NCBI GenBank assembly: GCA_947476525.1
Contig: CANJQY010000002.1
Coordinates: forward strand, 1-59,025
Direction of reading: 5' to 3'
Source of the DNA: Oligoflexales bacterium
GTDB taxonomy: Bacteria; Bdellovibrionota_B; Oligoflexia; Oligoflexales; RGVZ01
DNA: 59,025 nt
Made by a program: the position numbers and the translations under genes. How positions within the stretch are numbered: position 1 is the stretch's first letter; each line of letters starts with the position of its first letter. Under the pieces are notes generated by a model. It did not search any database and was not told the origin of the DNA. It saw only the letters and a program-made list of their open reading frames with translations. Below, piece by piece: positions 8,323-18,995 of the stretch.

Positions 8323-9369
8323 TTAACACTCGCCTCGCACGATCTCCCCAAGTGCTTTGACCCAATTATGATCTACGTTGAGACTTGGAATCAAAGCGAA
8401 AGCTTCCCCCCCCAAGGCCATCCAATCATCGCGCGCGCGGTCCCCTATCTCCTCTATGGTTTCAAGGCAATCAGCAACAAACGACGGAACGGTTACCGCT
8501 AACCGCCTGACACCGCGCTGATAAAGGTCGGCCAAAATTTTATCCGTAAAGGGCTGAATCCAAGGAATTTTGCCCAAACGGCTTTGAAACGAGACCGAAT
8601 ACTTTTGTTCAGAAAGGCCAAGTGCTGCGGCCAGTCGCCTCGAAGTTTCAAAACATTGAGCCCGGTAACAAAATCGGTTTTTATTTGTTAACTGAGCACA
8701 GCAGTTTTTTTCTGAGAAACAAAACCCACTTGTTGACGCCTTGACATGCATTTCAGGCAATCCGTGGTAACTCATCAAAACGTGATCGGGATTAAACGAA
8801 TCGATGCATTGTTGTGCCAACGACGCAAACGAGGATATAAATCCTTTGTGGCTGTAAAAATCACCCACGACGCGAACCGCCGGCATGACGGCACGTCCCC
8901 GCAATATATCATTTAGTTTTTCAATGCTCGAGCCTGTGGCCGAGCTGCTGTACTGCGGGTACAACGGCACCAGGATCAAACCTTCAACCTGAAGCTGATC
9001 CATCAATTCTTTGACCACACCTTCCATGCTCGGGCTTCCGTAGCGCATGCCCAGACGAACCACATACTGCGGGCCGAGGTGTTCTTGAAGGGCCAAAGCT
9101 AAATTCTCACCGTGTTCTCGCAATGGAGATCCGCGTTTCGTCCAAATTGTCTGATAAGCTTTGGCAGATTTTGGACCTCTAAGTGGCGCGATGATCAAGT
9201 TGACTAAAAGCCATCGCCCTAGAGTGGACATTGTTAAGACTCGAGGATCTGTAAGAAACTCTCGCAAATAACGCCGTACGTCCGCCACACTCGGCGAATC
9301 GGGAGTCCCCACGTTAACCAAAATAACACCCTTGCGAAAAACGTGTTTCGAAATTTCAGAAGCCATCAA
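8323..9369 (-). CDS. hemH: ferrochelatase
   Basis: GVILVNVGTPDSPSVADVRRYLREFLTDPRV, YPQYSSSATGS and SYHGLP blocks. Length is 348 aa. Confidence 0.9.
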   Translation of the reverse strand: MMASEISKHVFRKGVILVNVGTPDSPSVADVRRYLREFLTDPRVLTMSTLGRWLLVNLIIAPLRGPKSAKAYQTIWTKRGSPLREHGENLALALQEHLGPQYVVRLGMRYGSPSMEGVVKELMDQLQVEGLILVPLYPQYSSSATGSSIEKLNDILRGRAVMPAVRVVGDFYSHKGFISSFASLAQQCIDSFNPDHVLMSYHGLPEMHVKASTSGFCFSEKNCCAQLTNKNRFCYRAQCFETSRRLAAALGLSEQKYSVSFQSRLGKIPWIQPFTDKILADLYQRGVRRLAVTVPSFVADCLETIEEIGDRARDDWMALGGEAFALIPSLNVDHNWVKALGEIVRGEC

Positions 9370-11021
9370 TTAAAAGTCCTCGACGTGATATTTTTTAACA
9401 AATAAATCATCATTTGCACCGTCTGACCATTGCCACCAACCTCTGCACAGCCCCCCATTGGTCGATCATTCCAAGCGTTGAAGTCGAAGTGCATCCATGG
9501 CAATTGACCTCTTACAAATTTTTGTAAAAATAACGCCGCGGAAATCGCTCCGCCGAGACCACTATCCGAGGCGTTCGCCAAGTCAGCAAAAGAACTACGA
9601 AGCTGTGTTTTATAATTGTCCCATAGGGGTAAACGCCACGCAGGGTCGCCCATGACAGCGCCAGATTTTAGTGCCAAATCAGCTAATCCATCGTGATTTG
9701 CAAACATGCCAGAAATTTCCGCCCCGACGGCAACGCGCATCGCACCAGTTAAAGTTGACAGGTCGATTAAAGCCATCGGCGCTTGAGCGGCTGTTGCGCC
9801 TTGTGCAACGTCCATGACATCTGCCATGACCAAGCGACCCTCGGCGTCTGTATTGTGAATTTCAACGGTCATGCCATTTCGGGCCGTCAGCACATCTCCA
9901 GGCCTAAAGGATTCTTTGTCGACCGCATTTTCCGCCAACGCCAAATAAAGATCGCAGGCTACGTCCGACTGACTTTCTACCAGCCAGTGGGCGATACCGA
10001 CAACGCTGGCACTTCCACCCATATCCTTTTTCATGAATCTCATACCACTCGCCGGCTTTAAGTCTAAGCCTCCGGTGTCAAAAGTCACGCCTTTGCCGAC
10101 AAAGGCGATTGGTTTTTCAAGTCGGTTCTTGCCCTTCGGGCGATACTTAAGGTGGACCATGTGTGACCGCTCGACAGCCCCTTGCCCAACCCCGTAGTGA
10201 AGATTTGATTTCTCTTTTAGAACGCGTGCTGGCCCCCACACCTCGACTGACATGGTTTTGGAGCCCTTAAACCAATGGCTCACGAAGTCCGAGTACGTCT
10301 TCGGATTTAGTTTTGCCGCGTCCAGATTTACAAGGTGCCGTGCGAGGTTGACCGACTCCCCTATATGATTTGCCTCGGCCATAACCTTGGAAGATGCGCC
10401 GTGAATCGTCACCTTAAAGGGTGGCGACAACGTCCTTGATTTTGCCAGGTAGGTAAATCGGTAGCTCGCCATTTCTATGCCGGCAAGTGCTCCCAAAATT
10501 TCACTCTCCGCACAACCGTGAAAGAAAATCCCAAGGTGCTTCACACCTTCGACGTCTCTTAGCGTGCTCCAAAGATTTCCCATGCGCTCACGCATACTTG
10601 TGTATGGGCTCTGGTCCAATAGACCTTGATGATGAATTTTTCTTGGCTTTTTACGAACGGATTTTTGACCGTCCTCCACCAGTTTTGGCCTCAAAATCCA
10701 GACCGGACCTCGGCGAGTCTGCAACGTTAACGAATCAGACGCGCGGTTCATCACCAACGTATTTTGCCACACATCCGTGGCCCCCTTCAGGACTAAGGTC
10801 TCTGTTTTTATGTAGTCAGAACCACTGCCGCCGAAAATATGACATTCTCCGTCGATCTTGCCTGACGCTGCTGGGGTCAAGGTTGCTGGCAACAAGGTCG
10901 CCTTTTTTAAGACTGTCGACCCGCGAATGAATCCGTGTATTTGGGGGCTTTTTTTTTGCGGAGTCGTTGTTTTTTGCGGAGCCTTGGTTTTTAGTGGCGA
11001 GGCTGTTTTACGTATAGGCAT
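9366..11021 (-). CDS. pepA: leucyl aminopeptidase (M17)
   Basis: VGKGVTFDTGGLDLKP and NTDAEGRLVMAD signatures. There is a 4-nt overlap with hemH. The N-terminus is a K/T/P-rich extension, so the true start may be further downstream. Confidence 0.85.
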   Translation of the reverse strand: MPIRKTASPLKTKAPQKTTTPQKKSPQIHGFIRGSTVLKKATLLPATLTPAASGKIDGECHIFGGSGSDYIKTETLVLKGATDVWQNTLVMNRASDSLTLQTRRGPVWILRPKLVEDGQKSVRKKPRKIHHQGLLDQSPYTSMRERMGNLWSTLRDVEGVKHLGIFFHGCAESEILGALAGIEMASYRFTYLAKSRTLSPPFKVTIHGASSKVMAEANHIGESVNLARHLVNLDAAKLNPKTYSDFVSHWFKGSKTMSVEVWGPARVLKEKSNLHYGVGQGAVERSHMVHLKYRPKGKNRLEKPIAFVGKGVTFDTGGLDLKPASGMRFMKKDMGGSASVVGIAHWLVESQSDVACDLYLALAENAVDKESFRPGDVLTARNGMTVEIHNTDAEGRLVMADVMDVAQGATAAQAPMALIDLSTLTGAMRVAVGAEISGMFANHDGLADLALKSGAVMGDPAWRLPLWDNYKTQLRSSFADLANASDSGLGGAISAALFLQKFVRGQLPWMHFDFNAWNDRPMGGCAEVGGNGQTVQMMIYLLKNITSRTFN

Positions 11022-11113
11022 TTAAGTATCCTTACATGGAACATAAGATTATTATTCTGATCATACTGCCTTAATTGTGCCTGTAGGTCATCCTTCGATG
11101 GTCCTATTGTGAA

Positions 11114-11500
11114 TTAAATTTTGCATGCTTTTAAACCTAAAAATGCCGAGATTTTGTGCCTGTTTCTTGCAACTAATTTGTACGACCAGTTCCCCAGTTG
11201 CTCAGCCCCTGGAAGAAACGTGAATGGTATCAAAAACCATAGCACAGGAATGCGGCACGCAATCCATTCACACGCCTGAAACCCACCATACCAGCCCGCC
11301 AGGGCTTCATAGGCGAGGATCTCTTCGCGCATGCGGTCCATCGACATTTCTGGAAATTGTTGAATCGTTGCCGGATCATGGCTACCCAAAAAAGTTATCC
11401 GCTGGGCCCAATCAAGCCTCCTCAACACGCGAATCGTGTAGGTGCAAATCCCGCAGTCACTGTCATAAACGACGATGCCACTTCCAGGAATCCAATTCAT
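11114..11500 (-). CDS. DCC-family thiol-disulfide oxidoreductase (DUF393)
   Basis: VVYDSDCGICTYTIRVLRRLD contains the DxxCxxC motif. Size (128 aa) is typical of the family. Confidence 0.75.
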   Translation of the reverse strand: MNWIPGSGIVVYDSDCGICTYTIRVLRRLDWAQRITFLGSHDPATIQQFPEMSMDRMREEILAYEALAGWYGGFQACEWIACRIPVLWFLIPFTFLPGAEQLGNWSYKLVARNRHKISAFLGLKACKI

Positions 11501-11758
11501 GACTTTTCCTTTTTCATCTGTACTACCGCTTTATTATGCTGCCAGCTTAAAACTGGTGATTAGACCGTCCACTTCAGGCTATAAGACCTGAAGGTAGCTT
11601 GTAACCCAGCCAAAGTGCCTTTGCAACAAACGGAGTTTTTTGACCTGCTCATCCATAAAGCGACTCGTACCAGAGAGAAACAAAATCGTCAATGAAATCA
11701 TAAACATTTATTATTTCGGCACTACAGGTTAAGATAGGAGCGATTCAGAGACCTATAA

Positions 11759-13480
11759 ATGAGGAGGATGCTGATGGCACCTATTTTTTTGGCCATTCTA
11801 TTTAGCCTGACATTCGTCCCATCGACAACAACGTGGGCTCGCAGTAACGCTTCGGAGTCCAAGCCCCTGCGGGTACCGAGTCACCGTGATATTTGGCGAA
11901 ACTCTGCGGGAGCTTTTAGTGGAGATATTTTTTTATTGCCTAAGCGAGGCAACTTTTTACTGGAAGACAAAGATTTTAAACCAGAGAGTATGGAGTTTAG
12001 TTCGGTGAATGGCCGAATGCTTCCCCCACATTCTATAACTATGCATGGATTTGCTTGGGACTATGACCTTGAGATTCCTTTGGTGTTTAAAGATCCAAAA
12101 GGGACATGGATCAAGCCTGGATCCTACTCTCAGTTTGCAACCCAGCAGGACATTGCTCCAACGCTGGCAAAAATATTGGATGTCCCTTTGGCTGCCCGCA
12201 AAAGTGGACGCATCCTCTCTGAAATGTTGCAATCGACTGCAAATAAGAAACCTAAGGTCGTGTTAGTTTTTGTTCAAGACCAAATGGGGGACCAATATTT
12301 AAAGGCGCATCCAAAGGTCGCTACGTTTTATGAATCATTTATAAAGTCTGGCGCAGATTTTGGATCCGCTAGGGTTTCGCATGTCGATGTCGAAACTAGT
12401 GTTGGCCACGTAGCAGTAGGGACAGGGGCGTGGCCTCCAGAGCACGGGGTTTCCGGCAATGATTTTTTTCACAGTGGAATCTGGAAGCAAGTCAAGGCCT
12501 TCAATATTTCCATGAGCGGAAGTAAAAAGGACAATTTAGCCGGCAATCCTAGTTTTCTGTTCACGCCGACATTGGGTGATATTTGGTTGCAGGCAACTGA
12601 GGGCAAGGCGATCGTGTTTTCACAAGTCTACGCGTTGCGAGCTGCCATCGGTATGGCGGGTCACGGGGCGATGTTTGGCAAAGGCTTTAAGTCCCACGCG
12701 GTTTGGATGGATGAATCCGCTGATACATCGGATGTGTATTTAACGAACGAACAGCTTTATGCATTGCCGAATTCTCATCGCGGGAAAAGTGTTCGTCCTT
12801 ACGTAGAGAAGCTAACAAAGGAGACTGCTGGTGCATGGATGGGGCACGAACTTATTAGTAAATCTGGTGCCATCAATGCCAATGCAGTTCGCTCATCTCC
12901 CGCGGGTACTGAGTGGGAGGGTGATCTCGCTATCGCCGCCATTCGCGAATTAAAAATCGGACAAGATGAGGTCACTGACCTTGTGTATATAAATACAAAG
13001 GCCACAGACGCTTGTGGTCATCGATACGGCTATGAGTCGGACGAGTGTCGTCAAGTTCTCGCCGTGACCGACAAGGTTTCAGAGACCATATATAATGAGA
13101 TTTCATCGATAACTGGCGGCGAGTTTATTGCGGTGCTGACGGCGGATCACGGCGCAGCTCCGCTTCCAGAAGTTTCAGGAGCAACGCGGTTTAGTAGGCA
13201 GAGATTTCTTCAGGACTTAAATACAAAATTTGATGCTCGCGAAAATCATGTTGATTCCATCTTGGCGGTCACGTCAAGTCAGGTTTATTTGAACCAAAGT
13301 GAATTGATTGCAAACGGGCATAAAGTTTCTGACGTTGTCCAATTCATAAAGAAATATCAGGTCCCCTTCGAGGCTCCATTCAATGCTTTAGCGGCTGATT
13401 GGATTAAAAAAGGTAAGGCACCCATGCAGCGCTTTTTTGAAGATGTTGCCTCGAAAGAGGATTTGGTGAAGTCGAAGTGA
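11759..13480 (+). CDS. exported alkaline phosphatase superfamily protein (nucleotide pyrophosphatase/phosphodiesterase-like)
   Basis: Signal peptide present. Metal-ligand-like blocks DACGHRYGYES and LTADHGAAP. Confidence 0.6.
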   Translation: MRRMLMAPIFLAILFSLTFVPSTTTWARSNASESKPLRVPSHRDIWRNSAGAFSGDIFLLPKRGNFLLEDKDFKPESMEFSSVNGRMLPPHSITMHGFAWDYDLEIPLVFKDPKGTWIKPGSYSQFATQQDIAPTLAKILDVPLAARKSGRILSEMLQSTANKKPKVVLVFVQDQMGDQYLKAHPKVATFYESFIKSGADFGSARVSHVDVETSVGHVAVGTGAWPPEHGVSGNDFFHSGIWKQVKAFNISMSGSKKDNLAGNPSFLFTPTLGDIWLQATEGKAIVFSQVYALRAAIGMAGHGAMFGKGFKSHAVWMDESADTSDVYLTNEQLYALPNSHRGKSVRPYVEKLTKETAGAWMGHELISKSGAINANAVRSSPAGTEWEGDLAIAAIRELKIGQDEVTDLVYINTKATDACGHRYGYESDECRQVLAVTDKVSETIYNEISSITGGEFIAVLTADHGAAPLPEVSGATRFSRQRFLQDLNTKFDARENHVDSILAVTSSQVYLNQSELIANGHKVSDVVQFIKKYQVPFEAPFNALAADWIKKGKAPMQRFFEDVASKEDLVKSK

Positions 13481-13578
13481 AAGTTAACATCGCAGTTATA
13501 ATATGAAGCTATTTCAGGCTCAGGTACATGGGTAACCCTCCATTAAGATTGTATTTTTTGAGTATTGATAATTTATCA

Positions 13579-13606
13579 TCAAGTTTCAATCGTCAAATGC
13601 CGATAG
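13579..13606 (+). promoter_or_regulatory. sigma-28 (FliA)-type promoter candidate
   Basis: TCAAGTTT-N12-GCCGATAG. The -10 ends 11 nt before the GGAGG at 13618 and 28 nt before ATG 13635. Confidence 0.45.
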
Positions 13607-13634
13607 GGCGAGATATTTGGAGGAACTTAATTAT

Positions 13635-14918
13635 ATGAAACAGCATAGCCAATATAGTTTTAGGATTTGGGTAATCCAAACATCAATAGTCATATCATTG
13701 GTCGGGCTCGTGGGGTGCCGCGGGGCCAAACCGAATTCTTTTAGTCGTACTAAAATAGATAATGGCGCTTTTATTGATAAGGATTCAGCCAATAAAGTTG
13801 ACGGCGTCTTCTATACGATGACGACGTCGATTGGAGCAAGCTCTGGCGGAGCTTGCACGGGTACAGCGGTAAGTACCAATACAGCTATGACGGCGGCCCA
13901 CTGCGTCTACGACTCCGGCGAACGCCTTGATGCAAATCATGGACTATCCGGAAAACAATTTTGCCTAAATAATTCAATTTACCAAAAGGTTTGCTCAACT
14001 AATATCTTTGTAAATCCTCGATTCCCTGCCAACTCGCAAGACGCGGGTGGTGGACACGACACAGCATTTGTCGTTTTTCCGGAAGGAACATTTAAGACTT
14101 ATTTTGAGATGGCATCATCGGCTCCAAAGATTGGTGATCAAGTCTTACTGATTGGCTACAGTGATGGACAGCTGACCGAACAGGGGCGGGGGTCAAAGCG
14201 ATTTGGCTATACCAAAATAAAGACGTTTGAAAATGACGCACAAGACGACATCATTACGTTGAGTACAGGAACTTTTAACGGAGTTGCAGTCTCTCCTGGT
14301 GATTCGGGTGGGCCGTTGTTTAATGGCTGTAAAATTACTGGTGTTGGATCAAGAATGGCTATTAGTGGAAGTGGTAAGTTTAGCATTCACACAAATTTAA
14401 CGCATGCTGTGACCCAAGAGTTTTTAAAAACGACAGCAGCCAAAGTCGGAGGCTATATTTGCGGTGTGTCTGGGATGGACCCAGTTCGGTGCCCAAGCAA
14501 TGAGAAATTTGAATTAGATCAATCTAAGTGGGGAGATCAAAAAGAAGCACCTTGCGCAGTGGCAGGTGGAAGTGGATCTAATCCAAATCCAAATCCAAAT
14601 CCAAATCCAAATCCAAATCCAAATCCAAATCCAATTCCGAATCCAGACCTAAATCCAATTCTTAGCATTGGTGAGTTATTTGCAGCGATTACAGGTGATG
14701 TCGCATTTGAAGTCGAGATTGCGCCAAAAGGCGATTGGACAAATCTAAAAGTTTGTCTTGGCGGTACAGTAGACATAGCAAAATCTTGTAGTCAAGTGGC
14801 AACGGCAACTAAAAACGGTGAACGCTATAAAGTCAACGTGGGTCCCATCGCAAATTCATTCTTTATGCATATTAAATCAGATAAAAGCGAAAAGACGTTA
14901 ATGTTCACCAAGAAATAG
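13635..14918 (+). CDS. secreted trypsin-like serine protease (S1) with (NP)n linker and C-terminal domain
   Basis: TAAHCVYD (His), GHDTAF (Asp) and GDSGGPLF (Ser). Signal peptide present. Start set at ATG 13635 after GGAGG; the track uses TTG 13617. Confidence 0.85.
   Translation: MKQHSQYSFRIWVIQTSIVISLVGLVGCRGAKPNSFSRTKIDNGAFIDKDSANKVDGVFYTMTTSIGASSGGACTGTAVSTNTAMTAAHCVYDSGERLDANHGLSGKQFCLNNSIYQKVCSTNIFVNPRFPANSQDAGGGHDTAFVVFPEGTFKTYFEMASSAPKIGDQVLLIGYSDGQLTEQGRGSKRFGYTKIKTFENDAQDDIITLSTGTFNGVAVSPGDSGGPLFNGCKITGVGSRMAISGSGKFSIHTNLTHAVTQEFLKTTAAKVGGYICGVSGMDPVRCPSNEKFELDQSKWGDQKEAPCAVAGGSGSNPNPNPNPNPNPNPNPNPIPNPDLNPILSIGELFAAITGDVAFEVEIAPKGDWTNLKVCLGGTVDIAKSCSQVATATKNGERYKVNVGPIANSFFMHIKSDKSEKTLMFTKK
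14580..14633 (+). repeat. hexanucleotide microsatellite (AATCCA) x9, in frame, encoding (NP)9
   Basis: Nine perfect units counted from the sequence. Degenerate units continue to about 14657. Confidence 0.95.
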
Positions 14919-14999
14919 GATTATGTGTTGAACCAAAATGTGACTTTGACTTCACCATTGCTGCATATGGATGTGGCCGCGTTAATTTGCTTAATTTTT

Positions 15000-15434
15000 T
15001 CATTCGATGATGAACTGGCCGCCGACATGGGCCGGGTGCAGCTGGCAATTAAAATTAACGGCTCCTTTAGTGGCTGGATTGAGTGTCACAGTTCTCTTCT
15101 TACTGCCGCCGATGACCACGTTTTCAGCGAGGCCTGGCAAATTAAACCCATGGGGATCTTCGAGTGTATTGATCAATTCGATTTCAACCGGCTCACCAGC
15201 CTTGATTTTGACTTCTGCTGGGATCCAAGTTTTTTTGCCGTCGACTAATTTATTCGTCAAGGTTAAATGGCGGATGACTTGTGACTTTATTTCATTGGGT
15301 GATTTTGCCGTAGCTTTGGTACTCGTTGCGCTGGTTGTCGATGGCTTTGGCATTTCATTTGCGACTGTTTTCGTCGCGATTGCAAAAAACAAGCATAATG
15401 AAAAACAAGCTGATTTGTTTGTGAATAAATTCAT
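15000..15434 (-). CDS. exported cupredoxin-like (blue-copper fold) protein
   Basis: Signal peptide present. C-terminal PHGFNL ... NCQLHPAHVGG supplies His/Cys/His copper-ligand-like spacing. Start trimmed to ATG 15434 (AAGGA upstream). Lies 24 nt downstream of pntB. Confidence 0.55.
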   Translation of the reverse strand: MNLFTNKSACFSLCLFFAIATKTVANEMPKPSTTSATSTKATAKSPNEIKSQVIRHLTLTNKLVDGKKTWIPAEVKIKAGEPVEIELINTLEDPHGFNLPGLAENVVIGGSKKRTVTLNPATKGAVNFNCQLHPAHVGGQFIIE

Positions 15435-15503
15435 CGTGATTCGTCCTTGCTGAAAATTAGTTAAACTTAGAAGCGACATTATCTAGCGTGCTGGATTTCC
15501 ACA

Positions 15504-16961
15504 TTAATTTATCATGAGTGCTGTCAAGACACCATCAATACTTTTCTTGGCATCTCCGAACAGCATGCGAGAGTTCTCCGCGTAAAATAGCGGATTATCC
15601 ACGCCCGCATACCCTGAGGCCATACCGCGTTTCAAAACAATGCAATGGTTGGCCTTCCACACCTCAAGCACGGGCATGCCGTAAATGGGGCTTGACTCGT
15701 CGGTTTGGGCTGCTGGGTTGACAACATCATTGGCGCCAACGACGAGAACCACGCAAGTCTCTGGGAAGTCCTCGTTGATTTCATCCATTTCTAGGACAAT
15801 GTCGTAGGGGACATTGGCCTCCGCGAGCAACACATTCATATGTCCCGGCAGACGGCCTGCCACGGGGTGAATCGCAAACCGGACCTGAGTGCCAGATTTT
15901 CTCAGTATATCTGTGATTTCACGGATCGGGTGTTGTGCTTGCGCTACAGCCATGCCGTAGCCTGGCACAATAACAACGCTCTTTGCATCTTTGAGCAAGC
16001 GTGCAGCCTCTGCTGCGTCAATAGAAACGACCTCTCCAGCGGGGGATTGGTCGGCTTTGCTGCCCGATGGTTTGGCTGTCGTTGTGCCAAAACCACCGAG
16101 GATTACGCTCACAAATCCGCGATTCATGGCGCGGCACATGATCACACTCAATATGGCGCCACTGCTACCGACAAGAGCGCCAGTGACAATGAGCAAGTTG
16201 TTACTCAGCATGAAGCCTGCGGCGGCCGCAGCCCATCCGGAGTAGCTGTTAAGCATCGACACGACAACGGGCATGTCGGCACCACCAATGGCCATCACCA
16301 TGTGCATGCCTATCAGCAGGGCAAGACCAGTCATTAGAAGCAACGGGCCAAGTCCGGGAGCTGATCCCGTAAAAAACGGATCGATTCCAGATGATGCCGA
16401 CTGTGCAAACAAGATTCCAAAGTAGACGGAGGTCAGAACCATGCCAAGATTCAGCCAATGCCTGGCAGGGAGCAGAAGAGAGTTTCCTGAAATCGATCCG
16501 CGCAATTTACCGAACGCAATAATAGAGCCGCTGAATGTGATGGCGCCGATGAAAACACCGATAAATATTTCGATGTCGTGGATAACGATCATCGCAGAAG
16601 TCATGGCTTCGTGGGTGGAGCCTGACCCATGGGGGGCTTGGATAAAGTTCGCGATGCCGACGAGAACTGCGGCAAGGCCGACAAAACTGTGCAAGATGGC
16701 CACGAGTTCGGGCATTGCTGTCATGGCGACCCGGGACGCTAAGACAGCTCCGATGGTCGCGCCAATCGCGATCACGCCGCAGAGTAGAGGGTAGTTGCTG
16801 ACATCCTGGCCCATGGCCGTGGCAAGCACGGCAACAAGGATTCCGGCGACCCCGTAGCCATTTCCACGGCGAGCCGATTCTTGGGTGGAAAGTCCACCCA
16901 GACTCAATATAAAAAACACACTGGCAAGTAAATAACTGACGGTCAAAAAAGTTTGCGGCAC
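15504..16961 (-). CDS. pntB: NAD(P) transhydrogenase subunit beta
   Basis: Multi-TM N-terminus plus a C-terminal NADP(H) domain ([37 protein letters not shown]). GTG start. Confidence 0.9.
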   Translation of the reverse strand: MPQTFLTVSYLLASVFFILSLGGLSTQESARRGNGYGVAGILVAVLATAMGQDVSNYPLLCGVIAIGATIGAVLASRVAMTAMPELVAILHSFVGLAAVLVGIANFIQAPHGSGSTHEAMTSAMIVIHDIEIFIGVFIGAITFSGSIIAFGKLRGSISGNSLLLPARHWLNLGMVLTSVYFGILFAQSASSGIDPFFTGSAPGLGPLLLMTGLALLIGMHMVMAIGGADMPVVVSMLNSYSGWAAAAAGFMLSNNLLIVTGALVGSSGAILSVIMCRAMNRGFVSVILGGFGTTTAKPSGSKADQSPAGEVVSIDAAEAARLLKDAKSVVIVPGYGMAVAQAQHPIREITDILRKSGTQVRFAIHPVAGRLPGHMNVLLAEANVPYDIVLEMDEINEDFPETCVVLVVGANDVVNPAAQTDESSPIYGMPVLEVWKANHCIVLKRGMASGYAGVDNPLFYAENSRMLFGDAKKSIDGVLTALMIN

Positions 16962-16973
16962 GGCGTTTTTTCC

Positions 16974-18635
16974 TTATTTTCTGAACATTTTAAGCATGCG
17001 CTGAGTCACCAAAAACCCACCAGCAATATTAATCGTGGCTAAGAGTATGGCGATAGCTGCCAACCATGTGCTGAGATCACTGAGCGGGCCGGAAACCTGA
17101 AGCATCGAACCGACAACGATAATGCCGCTAATCGCATTCGTGACACTCATTAATGGCGTATGCAGTGCTGGACTCACATTCCAGACGACCTGCCAACCAA
17201 TAAAACAGGCTAGGACAAATACAGTTAGATGACTCAGAAACTCTGCTGGCGCGACCAATCCAAGGCCGCCCAAAATTGCTGCGGCGATGATCCAGTAAAG
17301 TAATACTTTACCACCAGCAACGGGCTGCGCTGCAGGAGCTCCGTGGCGTCCGTGCTTGGCGCTTGATGCTTGGCCTTTAGCTGCTGGTTGATTTGCGGAG
17401 GGCATTGCCTTGTCAGTGGCCTTTGCGGTGACAGTGGCTACCGGTTTTTTGGGTGGTGGCCAAGTCACTTCGCCCGCGTGCGTCACCAACGAAGGTCTGA
17501 TGATGTCGTCTTCAAGGTCTATGCGAAAACTTCGCGGCCCTTTGTCTTTGCCTGCGGGACACATGGCTTCAAGAAGGTTATAGAGGTTGTTGCCTAGGAG
17601 TTGACTGGCTTGGGACGCCATCCTTGACGGCAAATCGCTAAAACCCACAATGCTCACGCCTTGAACCACTGCCAACTCGCCAGGCTTCGTCAACTCACAA
17701 TTACCACCCTGCTCAGCGGCAAGATCGACAATCACGCTACCTCGACGCATGGATTTGACCATTTCGGTCGTAATCAATACAGGCGCTTTGATGCCTGGTA
17801 TTAGGGCCGTGGTGATTATAATATCCACGTCTTTAGCTTGTTTCGCAAAGAGTTCCATCTCCGCTTTAATGAATTCTGGTGACATGACCTTAGCATAGCC
17901 GCCCTCTCCGGTGCCGTCTTCTTTGAAATCAAGCTCCAGAAATTCCGCGCCCATACTGATAATTTGTTCTTTGACTTCAGGCCGTGTGTCAAACGCGCGA
18001 ACGATGGCGCCAAGTGCACGTCCAGCCCCGATAGCTGCAAGGCCAGCGACACCGGCACCGATCACCATGATTTTTGCGGGAGGCATCTTGCCGGCAGCCG
18101 TAATCTGACCCGTGAATGGGCGGCTGAAGGCAGCGGCGGCTTCAATCACGGCGCGGTAACCGGCGAGGTTTGCCATGGAGCTAAGCACGTCCATCTTCTG
18201 AGCTCTGGTCGTGCGTGGGATCGCATCAAGCGCGAGAGCTGATATGCGTTTGGCCGCAAGTTGTTTCAGTAATTCTGGATTCTGGGCGGGCGCCACAAAG
18301 CTTGCCAAAAAAGCATTCTCCCTCATCATGCCAATCTCATCTGCAGATGGAGCTCTGACTTTAAGCACTACGTCCGCAGCACTCAATAGATTCTTAATAT
18401 CGCCGCCAACATTTGCGCCGACGGCTCGGTAATCTTGGTCATCAAAGCCAGCGGCAGCGCCGGCATCGGCCTGGATTTCGATGGTGAATCCCAGCTTTTT
18501 GAACTTTTCGACTTGGCCGGGAGTGAGGGCCACGCGCCGCTCACCTGGATAGGATTCTTTAGGGATGGCCAGACGCATAGTGCTTTGCGTCGTTTCTGCT
18601 GCTGAATTTACTGCGCTGGTGGTCGTTTCATGCAT
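16974..18635 (-). CDS. pntA: NAD(P) transhydrogenase subunit alpha (dI plus membrane dII part)
   Basis: [20 protein letters not shown], the Rossmann motif [11 protein letters not shown] and C-terminal TM helices. The canonical start may be ATG 18578 (MRLAIPKE). Confidence 0.9.
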   Translation of the reverse strand: MHETTTSAVNSAAETTQSTMRLAIPKESYPGERRVALTPGQVEKFKKLGFTIEIQADAGAAAGFDDQDYRAVGANVGGDIKNLLSAADVVLKVRAPSADEIGMMRENAFLASFVAPAQNPELLKQLAAKRISALALDAIPRTTRAQKMDVLSSMANLAGYRAVIEAAAAFSRPFTGQITAAGKMPPAKIMVIGAGVAGLAAIGAGRALGAIVRAFDTRPEVKEQIISMGAEFLELDFKEDGTGEGGYAKVMSPEFIKAEMELFAKQAKDVDIIITTALIPGIKAPVLITTEMVKSMRRGSVIVDLAAEQGGNCELTKPGELAVVQGVSIVGFSDLPSRMASQASQLLGNNLYNLLEAMCPAGKDKGPRSFRIDLEDDIIRPSLVTHAGEVTWPPPKKPVATVTAKATDKAMPSANQPAAKGQASSAKHGRHGAPAAQPVAGGKVLLYWIIAAAILGGLGLVAPAEFLSHLTVFVLACFIGWQVVWNVSPALHTPLMSVTNAISGIIVVGSMLQVSGPLSDLSTWLAAIAILLATINIAGGFLVTQRMLKMFRK

Positions 18636-18995
18636 TCAGTTTATTCCATCGAAAAAAGGGTCAGAAAAAAATTTAGTCTCACTGTGGCTATGTAGCAAAT
18701 AGGATATCACAAATATCCGAGGAACTACATAGAGTTGACGCTGAATTTTGATTTTTAGGATGTCGGATTTTTAGGTATCGGTGATCGCAAGGCCCCAGCT
18801 CCAACGCGGAGCTGAGCTGAGCACAGAACTAGGACAAACAGAAGACGCTTTGACCACATTATTTGGCCGCCAAAAATATATTTATGTGTATAATCAGTTA
18901 GTTATAGGTGCGTCGAAGCTTCTTTACTCACTGTTTTGCTGCGCCTGCCGACAGTAAAGAGTGTACTCACTCGCTCAGATTCATCAGAGGGGTCT

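Noticed and set aside
14925-15248. 107-aa plus-strand ORF (and 15007..15453 plus) opposite the cupredoxin-like gene
   Set aside because: The minus-strand ORF has a signal peptide, an RBS and copper-ligand-like motifs. The plus-strand ORFs have none of these.
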